Assembly (NCBI GenBank): GCA_965279375.1 | Contig: OZ257156.1 | Span: 1,888,001 to 1,952,000 of the forward strand | DNA length: 64,000 nucleotides | DNA from: Gemmatimonas sp. | Lineage (GTDB): Bacteria > Gemmatimonadota > Gemmatimonadetes > Gemmatimonadales > Gemmatimonadaceae | Direction: 5' to 3' | Part shown: positions 19,018-27,386 of the stretch, one piece after another | How positions within the stretch are numbered: the stretch's first letter is position 1 | How the letters are laid out: each line of letters starts with the position of its first letter | Made by a program: the position numbers and the translations under genes | Notes under the pieces: model-generated | What the model was told of the DNA's origin: nothing | The model's database searches: none | The model's input: only the letters and a program-made list of their open reading frames with translations

Positions 19018-20922
19018 TTACGCCGCGGCTTGATGCGCGACGCCTGCGTCGCGGAACTGACGCAGCCACCACTCGAAGTTGAGCAGCGACCAGATCAGCA
19101 GGCGATGGTTCACGCGCCCCTCCACGTGCTCGTCGAGGAGGGTGTGGACGGTGGCAGGCTCAATGAATTCGTACAGCCGCGCATCGCGGCTGGAGAGCAG
19201 GCGGCGGATGTAGTCGATGCTCTCGCCCTTGAACCAGCTGCCGTCGGGAGCGGAGAAGCCCTGCTTGCGCGCCTGCGCATAGCCTTGCGGCACGTAGCGC
19301 GAGAGTGCCTTGCGCAGAAGCAGCTTGCCGTCGCCGGTCTCGTTGAAATACTGCTGCTTCTTCGAGCCAGGCGTGTTCTCGTCCATGCGCACCAGCTTGT
19401 CCACGTGCTTCAGCTTGTACTTGATGGGCACCCGCAGGGCGAAGTCTACGAGATCGTTGTCGAGGAACGGCACGCGCGTCTCCAGGCCATGCGCCATGGA
19501 GAGCTTATCCTCGACGAGCAGCAATCCATTGAGGAACGTGGAGAGCTCGAAGTACAGCGAGGTGTTGATGTAGTCGTCCGGACGCATCGCCAGAAACGAC
19601 CGGCGACGGAGGACGTTGCGGAACGCTTCCTGTGGCCCATTCGCCGGCATTTGGCCGGCCATCGATGGACGGAAGAAGCCTGCGCGATGCGTGTCGGGGA
19701 CCAGACGCTGCCAGTACGCGTAGTACTTGTCGATGTACTGCGCGGCGTCGTCGTTCTTCACGGCGCGATAGTAGCGCCACGGATAGCCGGCGAAGATCTC
19801 GTCGCCGCCCGTACCCGCGAGCACGACTTTCACGAAGCGCGAGGCGAGGCGGGAGACGTAGTAGTTGGGATAGCTCTGTCCAACGCGCAGATCTTCGAGA
19901 TGCCAGACGAGCTTGGGGAGCACGCGCTCCATGTCGCCGGCCTTGAGCACCACCTGATAGTGCTCGGTCTTGTATGCGTTGCTCAGCTGTTCCGCGCGTG
20001 CTCGTTCGTCGAATGCGAGCTCCAGCCCAGATGCCGATGACAAATCGAAGCCCGCCGTGAAGCTCTTCACGTTGCGGAACTTGCGCGCGGTCAGGCAGGT
20101 CACGGCTCCCGAGTCGATGCCACCACTCAGATATGTGCCAACCTCCACGTCGGCTTCCACCTGGCGCGCGACCGCCTGCTGAAACAGGCGGTCCAGCTCT
20201 TCGAGATACTCACCTTCGGACACGCCCTTCTCGTCCTTGAAGGTGTAGTCCCACCACCGCTTGGTCAGCAGCGATTCCGGATCGCCCAAGGTCAGCGTGA
20301 GCATCGTCGCGCGCGGCATCAGCTTGATGCCGTCGAACAGCGTGCGATCGCTGAAGACGTTCTGAAAGGTGAAGTACTCGTTCAACGCCGAGGTGTCGAC
20401 GCGCACCTGCACCGACGGATGCGCGAGCAGCGACTTGATCTCCGAGCCGAAGAGCAGCGTCTGCCCATCCCAACGATAGTACAACGGCTTGATGCCATAG
20501 CGGTCCCGCGCAAGGAACAGCTTGGACTCACGGGCGTCCCAAATTGCAAACGCAAACATGCCATTGAACTTTTCGAGGCACTTGGGGCCCCATTCGCGGT
20601 ACGCCGCGAGAATCACTTCGGAGTCGCTTTGCGAACGGAAGACATGTCCCTTCCGCTCGAGCTGCTTGCGGAGCTCGCGCCAGTTGTAGATCTCGCCGTT
20701 GTACGTCAATACCAGCGACCCGTCGGCCGAGCGCATCGGCTGATGCCCCTGCTCCGACAGGTCTACGATGGCCAAACGACGATGGCCGAACCCGACGAAA
20801 CCGCCGGTCCAGAAGCCTTCGCCGTCGGGTCCGCGGTGCTTGACGATATCCGTCATCGCGCGCAGCACACCGATCGGAACCGGTGCGCCGTTCACGTTGA
20901 AGATGCCGGCGATGCCGCACAT
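19018..20922 (-). CDS. Asparagine synthase (glutamine-hydrolysing) family amidotransferase, second copy
   Basis: MCGIAG, HRGPD, RDRYGIKPLY, YLSGGIDS, GGDEIFAGY, EDKLSMAHGLETRVPFLD, KQGF. Confidence 0.93.
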   Translation of the reverse strand: MCGIAGIFNVNGAPVPIGVLRAMTDIVKHRGPDGEGFWTGGFVGFGHRRLAIVDLSEQGHQPMRSADGSLVLTYNGEIYNWRELRKQLERKGHVFRSQSDSEVILAAYREWGPKCLEKFNGMFAFAIWDARESKLFLARDRYGIKPLYYRWDGQTLLFGSEIKSLLAHPSVQVRVDTSALNEYFTFQNVFSDRTLFDGIKLMPRATMLTLTLGDPESLLTKRWWDYTFKDEKGVSEGEYLEELDRLFQQAVARQVEADVEVGTYLSGGIDSGAVTCLTARKFRNVKSFTAGFDLSSASGLELAFDERARAEQLSNAYKTEHYQVVLKAGDMERVLPKLVWHLEDLRVGQSYPNYYVSRLASRFVKVVLAGTGGDEIFAGYPWRYYRAVKNDDAAQYIDKYYAYWQRLVPDTHRAGFFRPSMAGQMPANGPQEAFRNVLRRRSFLAMRPDDYINTSLYFELSTFLNGLLLVEDKLSMAHGLETRVPFLDNDLVDFALRVPIKYKLKHVDKLVRMDENTPGSKKQQYFNETGDGKLLLRKALSRYVPQGYAQARKQGFSAPDGSWFKGESIDYIRRLLSSRDARLYEFIEPATVHTLLDEHVEGRVNHRLLIWSLLNFEWWLRQFRDAGVAHQAAA

Positions 20923-20952
20923 CAGCGCGTCACTCCAAATCGCATCGTGTGA

Positions 20953-21966
20953 CTACGCGGCGTTGACGAGCTGCAGCGGACGGCCAGCGGCCTGCGCGGC
21001 CACGCGTCCGAGATGTGCATCGCGCCACGCGATCAGGCGCGTCAGTCCATCACGCAGTTCGATCGTTGTGCGGAAGCCAAGATCGCGCGCCGCCTTCTCC
21101 GGGCAGCCCACGCGATTCGTCACGAACACTCGGCTCTCCGGCTCGTACTTGATCTGCTGCGAGGAGCCGCGGATCTCGAGAATCATTTCGGTCAGCTCGC
21201 GCAGCGAGGTGCGCGTGCCACTGCCGACGTTGTACGCTTCCTCGGTCACGTCGCTCTCGAGCGCGAGTACGTTGGCCCGCGCGCAGTCGCTCACGTAGAT
21301 GAAGTCGTACGCCGCCGAGCCGTCGCCGTGGAGGATGGGAGGCAGGCCGCGATCGAGGCGATCGAGGATCTTCATGATCACCGCGATGTACGTGCCCTTA
21401 TAGTCCTGGCGCGCACCGTACACGTTCATGTAGCGCAGCATCGCGACGGACAGGTTGTAGCGATCGGCATACGACTTCACCATCGCTTCGCCGGCGATCT
21501 TGGTGGCGCCGTAGAACGTCTTGTTGTTGAACGGGTGCGACTCGGTCATCGGCAGCTCCACCGCATCGCCGTACACGGAGGCGGAGGAGGAATAGACGAG
21601 GCGCTCGATGCCGTGCTGGCGGCACGCGTCGATCACGTTGAAGGTGCCGCGCACGTTCACGTCGAACGCGGCCTGCGGGAATTCATGGCACTGGAGCAGC
21701 CATAGCGCAGCCAGATGCACGACGCACTGACTCTCCTTCACCGCCGACGACAGAATGTCCGACTGCAGGATGTCGCCGCCCGTCTCGAAAATCCGGACGC
21801 GCGGATCGCGCAGTGCCTCGGAGAGATTGTCGACGGTGCCACGACAGAAATTGTCGTAGACGATGACCTGCTTCACGTCGCGCGTCAGCAACTCGTCTAC
21901 GACATGAGAGCCGATGAAGCCGGCGCCGCCGATGACACAGATCGTCTTGCCGCGAAGGTCACGCAT
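20953..21966 (-). CDS. NAD-dependent nucleotide-sugar epimerase/dehydratase
   Basis: GGAGFIGSH, HLAA, SSSASVYG, YGATK, RYMNVYG. Confidence 0.92.
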   Translation of the reverse strand: MRDLRGKTICVIGGAGFIGSHVVDELLTRDVKQVIVYDNFCRGTVDNLSEALRDPRVRIFETGGDILQSDILSSAVKESQCVVHLAALWLLQCHEFPQAAFDVNVRGTFNVIDACRQHGIERLVYSSSASVYGDAVELPMTESHPFNNKTFYGATKIAGEAMVKSYADRYNLSVAMLRYMNVYGARQDYKGTYIAVIMKILDRLDRGLPPILHGDGSAAYDFIYVSDCARANVLALESDVTEEAYNVGSGTRTSLRELTEMILEIRGSSQQIKYEPESRVFVTNRVGCPEKAARDLGFRTTIELRDGLTRLIAWRDAHLGRVAAQAAGRPLQLVNAA

Positions 21967-22035
21967 GGGAGTGTCGTGCTGGGAGGAGATAGTCTGAGCG
22001 CCGCGAACCGGACGCGGCCTATACTGTCACACTCA

Positions 22036-22052
22036 AGCACGATCCATGCCGA
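22036..22052 (-). promoter_or_regulatory. sigma54 -24/-12 promoter of the SDR-asnB-like-...-GNAT operon
   Basis: Minus strand TCGGCATGGATCGTGCT = GG-N10-GC, ~70 bp upstream of 21966; IHF-like AAAGCGTTTGATCGCAACACTTTA at ~22058-22081. Confidence 0.75.
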
Positions 22053-22114
22053 ATCGTAAAGCGTTTGATCGCAACACTTTAGGTCGAAAGCGCTCCTGAG
22101 AATCCCCGCTTGGC

Positions 22115-22150
22115 GGGCGACCATTGCCGTGACACCGGCAACTTCTGCCG
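22115..22150. promoter_or_regulatory. Tandem putative enhancer palindromes
   Basis: GGGCGACCATTGCCG (22115-22129) and perfect CGGCAACTTCTGCCG (22136-22150), 21 bp apart. Confidence 0.68.
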
Positions 22151-22177
22151 ACCGCAGGGACCTCCGGTCTGGCGCCG

Positions 22178-22789
22178 CTAGCGTTCCCCAATCAGCACGA
22201 ACGCCGCACGCGCGGACGTGTTCGTCGAAGCGTCCGGGGGAAGGAGTCCGCCAAACACCGGGTCGAGTCCGGATGCGTCGAGGAACGCATGGAGTTCGGG
22301 AAACGTCCACTCGCGCACATATCCCGCCTCGGCAGGCGGGCCGGGGTCGTCGCCCGCGACAGTCAGCTGTCGAACAGACGTGCCGAGTACCACGATCGCC
22401 GATTCGCGGGTGAGCAAGCGAAGTCGCGCCAACAGCGGCACAGGATCGGCGAGTCGCTGCAGGACGTCGTCGCAGACCACGACGAGATTCGGCGAGAGTC
22501 GGTGCTCGGTCAATGCAGTGTCCGGCCGCATCCAGTCGATGTCCGCCAGTATGCTGCTGCCAAGGGCGTTCGCTATGGCCGTCGCCAACGCCATCGTACC
22601 GCCATCGGCGGTGAGCGACGCGCTCGGAACCGCTGCCTCGGCGCGCGCAACGTATCCCGGACGGATGCAGTAGTTCGGCAGCGCGCCCAGCAAGAACGGT
22701 CGAAGTGGCGCCGCGTACGGCTGCAACAGCGACGGTGTGATCGCGGAAGCGATAGCGTCGAGCGTGGATGCAGAAGCGGCGCGGTTCAT
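22178..22789 (-). CDS. Hypothetical protein with a degenerate methyltransferase-like C-terminus
   Basis: VVCDDVLQRLADP..LL and GPP....YVREWT resemble class I MTase C-terminal motifs; there is no GxG SAM loop; coupled to the upstream stop. Confidence 0.55.
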   Translation of the reverse strand: MNRAASASTLDAIASAITPSLLQPYAAPLRPFLLGALPNYCIRPGYVARAEAAVPSASLTADGGTMALATAIANALGSSILADIDWMRPDTALTEHRLSPNLVVVCDDVLQRLADPVPLLARLRLLTRESAIVVLGTSVRQLTVAGDDPGPPAEAGYVREWTFPELHAFLDASGLDPVFGGLLPPDASTNTSARAAFVLIGER

Positions 22790-24726
22790 GTCGCCGGCGC
22801 TCCAGCCGTGTCGGTTGTGCTCACGATGAATAGATGTCCGGTGAGCTGCGGTCCGTCGGCGATCAACAGGTCCGGCGTTCGACGATCACGGTGCGCACGA
22901 TCGGTCGCGGCCAGCAGGCCGAGGTCGCTCATGGAGCCGTCGATGTCACCGTACGGCGTCAGTCCGCGCGCGGCGAGCCATCGCGGCACGCCATTGAGAC
23001 CATCGAGTGCGTGCGGTTGCGGCGGACCAGCGAGGCGGATCGGCGCACAGGAGAGGAGGAGACCGCCGGGCTTCACGCACGACGCGGCGAGCGAAAGCAT
23101 CGCCCCGATCTCCGTCGCGGCGAGGCTGTTGTCGAATGGCAGGACGACAGCCGCGTCGAACGGTTCCGGCGTGACGTCGCGTGTAAGCGCCTCGATTGCC
23201 ACCGCACGTACTCGGCCCGCGGGCGCAGCCTGTGTCGCGAAGCGCTCGGGCGCAGCAAGCCAGTCGGACCCGTCATGTCCCGAATAGCGATCGAGCACAT
23301 CGGCGACAACCACCTGTGCGACATGTCTCGCCAGCCCCCAGACCAGCGGAGCGCGCAGGTCGGAGACAATCAGCAGGCGCGCGTCGGAACGCAGCGCGCC
23401 GCAGGCTCGCAGTGTGAACGCCGCTTGCGTCGTACGCCAAGTGGCCAGCGTACGATCGTACCACTGCTGTTCGCCACGGCCATCGCCTGCAAACTCCACC
23501 GCCGTTGCGAACCACACGGGGTCGTCCCAGTCCTGCGCGTCAGCGAGCCGACTCAGCGTCGTTGAGCGCTCGCCGATGCGAACCGGCAGGCGCGACGTAC
23601 GCCGACGCGCGTCCAACAATGTCTGAATGGACTGCAGCAACCGAAGTTCGAGAGAGGAGGCGTGTCCAGACTCCACGCGTTGGTCGAGCATCGTCTTCGC
23701 CGGTGCACTGGCGTACCGCGCAGCGACCGCGATATCGCCATGCTCGCCAGCGGCATGCAGCAACAGCGCGATATCCGCACGCGCGCGATCGACTTCACTC
23801 TGTCGCAGCGGCCCGCGACGCTGCAGTCGATGTTGCAGGGCGACGGCGAGCGCGACGTCGCCGCGCTCGCGCCCGTAGGCGAGACGTCCGTCGGGCTGTA
23901 CAAGCCCTTGTGCGCGCCACTTCTCGACGAGATAGCGCTGCTTGTCGAGCGAGCCACCTTGCACCAGTGCCGGCAACGCCACGCCGGACTTGTGCCCGTG
24001 GTGAATCACGGGCGCTGTCGGCAGTGCATACACATCCCAGCCGGCGACCAACGCGCGAACGGAGATGTCGTCATCCTCGTGCCAGAACGGATTGAGCGCT
24101 TCATCGTAGCGACCGATGTCGCGAAACACCGCGGGGCGCACGAAGCACGCGAAGCCGCCGGATGCCACATCGACCTGGATCGCAGCGTGCCCGGGTAGTG
24201 AGAGCAGTTCGCGCCGATCGCCGTGCACTACGATCTCATGTCCGGAACAGGAGGCGATACCCGCGTTCGGCTGCCGCGCGAACAGTTCGAGAAACGGCGT
24301 GGCCCAGCCCGGATAGAACTCGAGATCATTGTCGATGAAGATGATCCATCCGTCGTCGGGGATTCGATCCAGCATCAACTCGAGCAGTCGATTCCGCCCG
24401 CCGGCGACGCCGAGGTTCGCGTCACCCAGTTCGGTGGACACGCGTGGATCATCCAGCGATGCGAGCCAATCACGCGTGCCGTCGGTCGACAAGTTGTCCA
24501 GAATGACAGCGCGCCAGGGCTCTGTCGTGTAGCGGTCAAGACTGGCGAGACAGCGCTTGGAATATGCCAACGCGTTGAACGTCAGGATCGCGAACCACAG
24601 CTTGGGTGGCGAGTCATAGGTCTCCGGCTCAGTCGATGGCGCGATCAGACGTAACCGACACGGATGCGTCGATGCCTCCACGCGCTTCCCCGCCGGCCGC
24701 GATTCTCGGTGTGAGATGACGCTCAT
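22786..24726 (-). CDS. GT2 glycosyltransferase fused to a degenerate methyltransferase-like domain
   Basis: ILTFN, LDNLSTDGT, NLGVAGGRN, FIDND (DxD), FWHEDDD; start at MSVIS (ATGA overlap). Confidence 0.85.
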   Translation of the reverse strand: MSVISHRESRPAGKRVEASTHPCRLRLIAPSTEPETYDSPPKLWFAILTFNALAYSKRCLASLDRYTTEPWRAVILDNLSTDGTRDWLASLDDPRVSTELGDANLGVAGGRNRLLELMLDRIPDDGWIIFIDNDLEFYPGWATPFLELFARQPNAGIASCSGHEIVVHGDRRELLSLPGHAAIQVDVASGGFACFVRPAVFRDIGRYDEALNPFWHEDDDISVRALVAGWDVYALPTAPVIHHGHKSGVALPALVQGGSLDKQRYLVEKWRAQGLVQPDGRLAYGRERGDVALAVALQHRLQRRGPLRQSEVDRARADIALLLHAAGEHGDIAVAARYASAPAKTMLDQRVESGHASSLELRLLQSIQTLLDARRRTSRLPVRIGERSTTLSRLADAQDWDDPVWFATAVEFAGDGRGEQQWYDRTLATWRTTQAAFTLRACGALRSDARLLIVSDLRAPLVWGLARHVAQVVVADVLDRYSGHDGSDWLAAPERFATQAAPAGRVRAVAIEALTRDVTPEPFDAAVVLPFDNSLAATEIGAMLSLAASCVKPGGLLLSCAPIRLAGPPQPHALDGLNGVPRWLAARGLTPYGDIDGSMSDLGLLAATDRAHRDRRTPDLLIADGPQLTGHLFIVSTTDTAGAPAT

Positions 24727-27056
24727 CGAGCACCTCCTCCCGCCATGGTCTGTCCATCGTGCAACGTGGGCATCGCGGCGATTCGCTCCGTCATTTCGCG
24801 CGCGACGGCGCCAAATGAGGGAAGACCTTCCGCATATCGTCGCGCCTGCCCACCGCGTCGCGCAACCTCCAGCGCATTCAGGAGCTCGCGTAGGCACGCC
24901 ATGAGATCGGCGCCCGCCATCATGCCGTGCGCTCCCTGACGCACGACCCAAGCGGCCTCTGCATCGCGCAACGGCTCGGCGTCCGCCGTATCCGGAACGA
25001 CGAGCGCACGGCCACACGCAAGCGTCGTGTGCCACACGGAGAGGTCGATGTCGCCCGGGACGATCACGACATCGGCGGCGCGCACATACGACGGCAGCGT
25101 TGCATCGTTAACCTCGGCGACCAGCACCTCCGCCGTAAGCCCGGGCGCCAATCGGCCGGTCAGCATGCGCGACGTGAGCTCCGCTCCCCACGCGACGAGC
25201 GCGTCCGAGGCATCGTTGGCCACCAGCAGCTGTAGCCGCGCCGGCGTAGACGGTGTGACCACGCGTTGCCACACACGCAGCACCAGCTCTGCGCCGGCAA
25301 TGTCGGCGGCGTCGAGCACAGGCAGCAGGATCATCGTGCGCACATCGCGCGGGCGCGGAAACTGGGTTGCGTCCGGCGTCACCCGATCCGCGATGCAACC
25401 GGAGGGCGCCATCCAGAGCCGATCCGCCTCAATACCGGCGGACAGGCACGCCGCATACGCCGCATGATGCGGCACCCACACCTCGTCAGCGTGCGCACGC
25501 ACGATCGCGGCGAGTTCGGTCGACAGATGCGCGCGGACTGCAGTACCTGTGTAGACAATCCAGCGGCCATGCGCGGGCACGTACTGCGGCAGCGGGTGCG
25601 CGATATCGAGCGCAGACAGCGTCGTATCGGCAGTCGCGTCCGCGTCTGCAGGCGTTGCGACCAGACATTCCCACAGCTTCTGCGCAGGCAGCGTACGCGG
25701 CGGGCGCTGCGCGGAGTCGGTCGTGAGCATGAGCCGCGGTGCCACGCTGAGTGTCTCGACCAGCGCGGTCAGGAGAGGCTCGGTGTGGATGGCCGACGAT
25801 GCAGCGAAAACGTTGGCGCGAATGTCGAGCGTTCCGGCGTCCGTCGTGTACGCCGCGCCGTCCGCCGCGTTTGCCCGCACGCCGACATGGGCATGTCTTC
25901 CTGGTGCGATCTCATGCAAGCGACCTGCGATGATCGTCGCCGCGCGTGACCATGGCCAGTGCGCCACCATGTCGGCGCGCGCGCGTGCGCCGAGTGCGCG
26001 CGCCTTGTCGGGTTGATCGTGAATCGCGCGCAGATGCGAGACGAGCGCGTCGAGCTGTGGTGCGGCCCAGCGATGCCCATCGTAGAGGCGCATGTCCGGA
26101 TCGTCCACGTCCACCAACGCGTCAGTCTCGATCAGCAGACTGTTCTCGTCGTTCATGTAGTCGAGATGCGCACTCCAACGGGTGGCGATCACCGGCACGC
26201 CCGTCGACATTGCCTCCATGAAGGGGCGTCCCCACCCTTCGCCGCGCGTCGGGGACACGAACGCGTGCGCGCTTCGATAGAGCGATGGCATTGCATCGGC
26301 TGGCAGATCTTCGGTGAGCACGACGATCGGCGCAACGTTGGCGAGCGATCGGCCGCACTCCTGCCGCAAAAACGCGTCGATGCGCCGCTCGATCTGCAGC
26401 GCTGGCGCGTCGGCCGGGAGATCGAGATTGGCGTGAATGCGTTTGGCGTGCGTGCGCAACACGAGCGTGACATCATCGCTGGCCGAGAAGGCATTGGCCC
26501 ACGCGCGCAGAAGGACGTCCCACGCTTTGCGTGCGCGCCACTCGAAGACGCTGAGATAGACCGTGCCACGGAGCCCCGGGATTTCACGCGGCGCGACGTC
26601 GGGCGAGAAGAGATCCGTGTCGATGCCCCCGGGCACCACGTGCATCGGCACCCGGACACCGGCGCGGCGAAAGGTCTCGACATTGAACGAACTCGGCACC
26701 CACAGTTCGTCCATCCGATTGCACTTGGCTACCCAGTTCGGTGGCAGCGAATCAGTCTCGAACATCGTGCGGCCCACATTGTAGGCCGCCGTCGGCGCTT
26801 CCACGAAGCCGTCGGCGACGTAGTGCTGCACCAGCACGAACGGATTGGCCAACGCGCGCGACTGCTGCCGCTCCAGCACTTCGCGCATAGGGGTGGGGAG
26901 GCCATGAGCGAAGTCGGCATCCAGCGCCGCCTTGGCGCGCAGCGCGATCGGAACCCCAGCTTGCTCCAACGCGAACAGCAGGCCCCGCCCTTCATCGGCG
27001 TAGCCTGTCGGTTCATAGATGGGGCCGATCCAGACGCAGTTGGAAATGTCGCTCAT
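24723..27056 (-). CDS. GT4 glycosyltransferase with a second degenerate GT-B module
   Basis: TGYA, TMFETD, DELWVPS.FN, RKAWDVLL, SPTRGEGWGRPFMEAM; C-terminal half repeats DEVWVP. Confidence 0.88.
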   Translation of the reverse strand: MSDISNCVWIGPIYEPTGYADEGRGLLFALEQAGVPIALRAKAALDADFAHGLPTPMREVLERQQSRALANPFVLVQHYVADGFVEAPTAAYNVGRTMFETDSLPPNWVAKCNRMDELWVPSSFNVETFRRAGVRVPMHVVPGGIDTDLFSPDVAPREIPGLRGTVYLSVFEWRARKAWDVLLRAWANAFSASDDVTLVLRTHAKRIHANLDLPADAPALQIERRIDAFLRQECGRSLANVAPIVVLTEDLPADAMPSLYRSAHAFVSPTRGEGWGRPFMEAMSTGVPVIATRWSAHLDYMNDENSLLIETDALVDVDDPDMRLYDGHRWAAPQLDALVSHLRAIHDQPDKARALGARARADMVAHWPWSRAATIIAGRLHEIAPGRHAHVGVRANAADGAAYTTDAGTLDIRANVFAASSAIHTEPLLTALVETLSVAPRLMLTTDSAQRPPRTLPAQKLWECLVATPADADATADTTLSALDIAHPLPQYVPAHGRWIVYTGTAVRAHLSTELAAIVRAHADEVWVPHHAAYAACLSAGIEADRLWMAPSGCIADRVTPDATQFPRPRDVRTMILLPVLDAADIAGAELVLRVWQRVVTPSTPARLQLLVANDASDALVAWGAELTSRMLTGRLAPGLTAEVLVAEVNDATLPSYVRAADVVIVPGDIDLSVWHTTLACGRALVVPDTADAEPLRDAEAAWVVRQGAHGMMAGADLMACLRELLNALEVARRGGQARRYAEGLPSFGAVAREMTERIAAMPTLHDGQTMAGGGAR

Positions 27057-27091
27057 GCTCCGTGGGATGGGTCGTCAGCAAGCTGGCTAAA

Positions 27092-27108
27092 GGCAACAGG
27101 CATGCCGC
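27092..27108 (-). promoter_or_regulatory. sigma54 promoter of the leftward GT4-GT2 operon
   Basis: Minus strand GCGGCATGCCTGTTGCC = GG-N10-GC with TTGC, 35 bp upstream of 27056. Confidence 0.72.
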
Positions 27109-27155
27109 GCTGAGAGATTCTCTAAGTGATTGCAATTAATGGCGTTGCGTTGAAC

Positions 27156-27254
27156 CGGCAGAATCGGTCCGTCACGCCATCGGCAATTGTCGCCGTCCGG
27201 CGCGGTCCCAAAATGCCCGGCAGTTCTTGCCGTTTGTCCGCGCGCTATCTGCCG
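27156..27254. promoter_or_regulatory. Cluster of putative enhancer palindromes shared by divergent promoters
   Basis: CGGCAATTGTCGCCG (27181-27195), perfect CGGCAGTTCTTGCCG (27218-27232), and half-matches at 27156 and 27240. Confidence 0.65.
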
Positions 27255-27316
27255 GATTTTGGCGAGGCGGACTCATTCCTCATCGCGTAACTGTATGCCC
27301 AACAGCGAGTTGCGGC

Positions 27317-27333
27317 GTGGCACGAATCGTGTA
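27317..27333 (+). promoter_or_regulatory. Putative sigma54 promoter of the rightward GT4-GT2-GT4 operon
   Basis: GTGGCACGAATCGTGTA: perfect -24 TGGCACG, but the -12 reads GT instead of GC; otherwise resembles 6075 and 22036. Confidence 0.55.
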
Positions 27334-27386
27334 CAGCACGGGTGCGGTGAAGACTGTCCCATCCATTCCCTGCGCGACCCGCCACC

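Noticed and set aside
18391..20040. 549-aa plus-strand ORF and similar long antisense ORFs (e.g. 16192-17316, 4185-5291, 43527-44711, 62881-63981)
   Set aside because: Shadow frames opposite motif-bearing genes, typical of high-GC DNA; no recognisable motifs.
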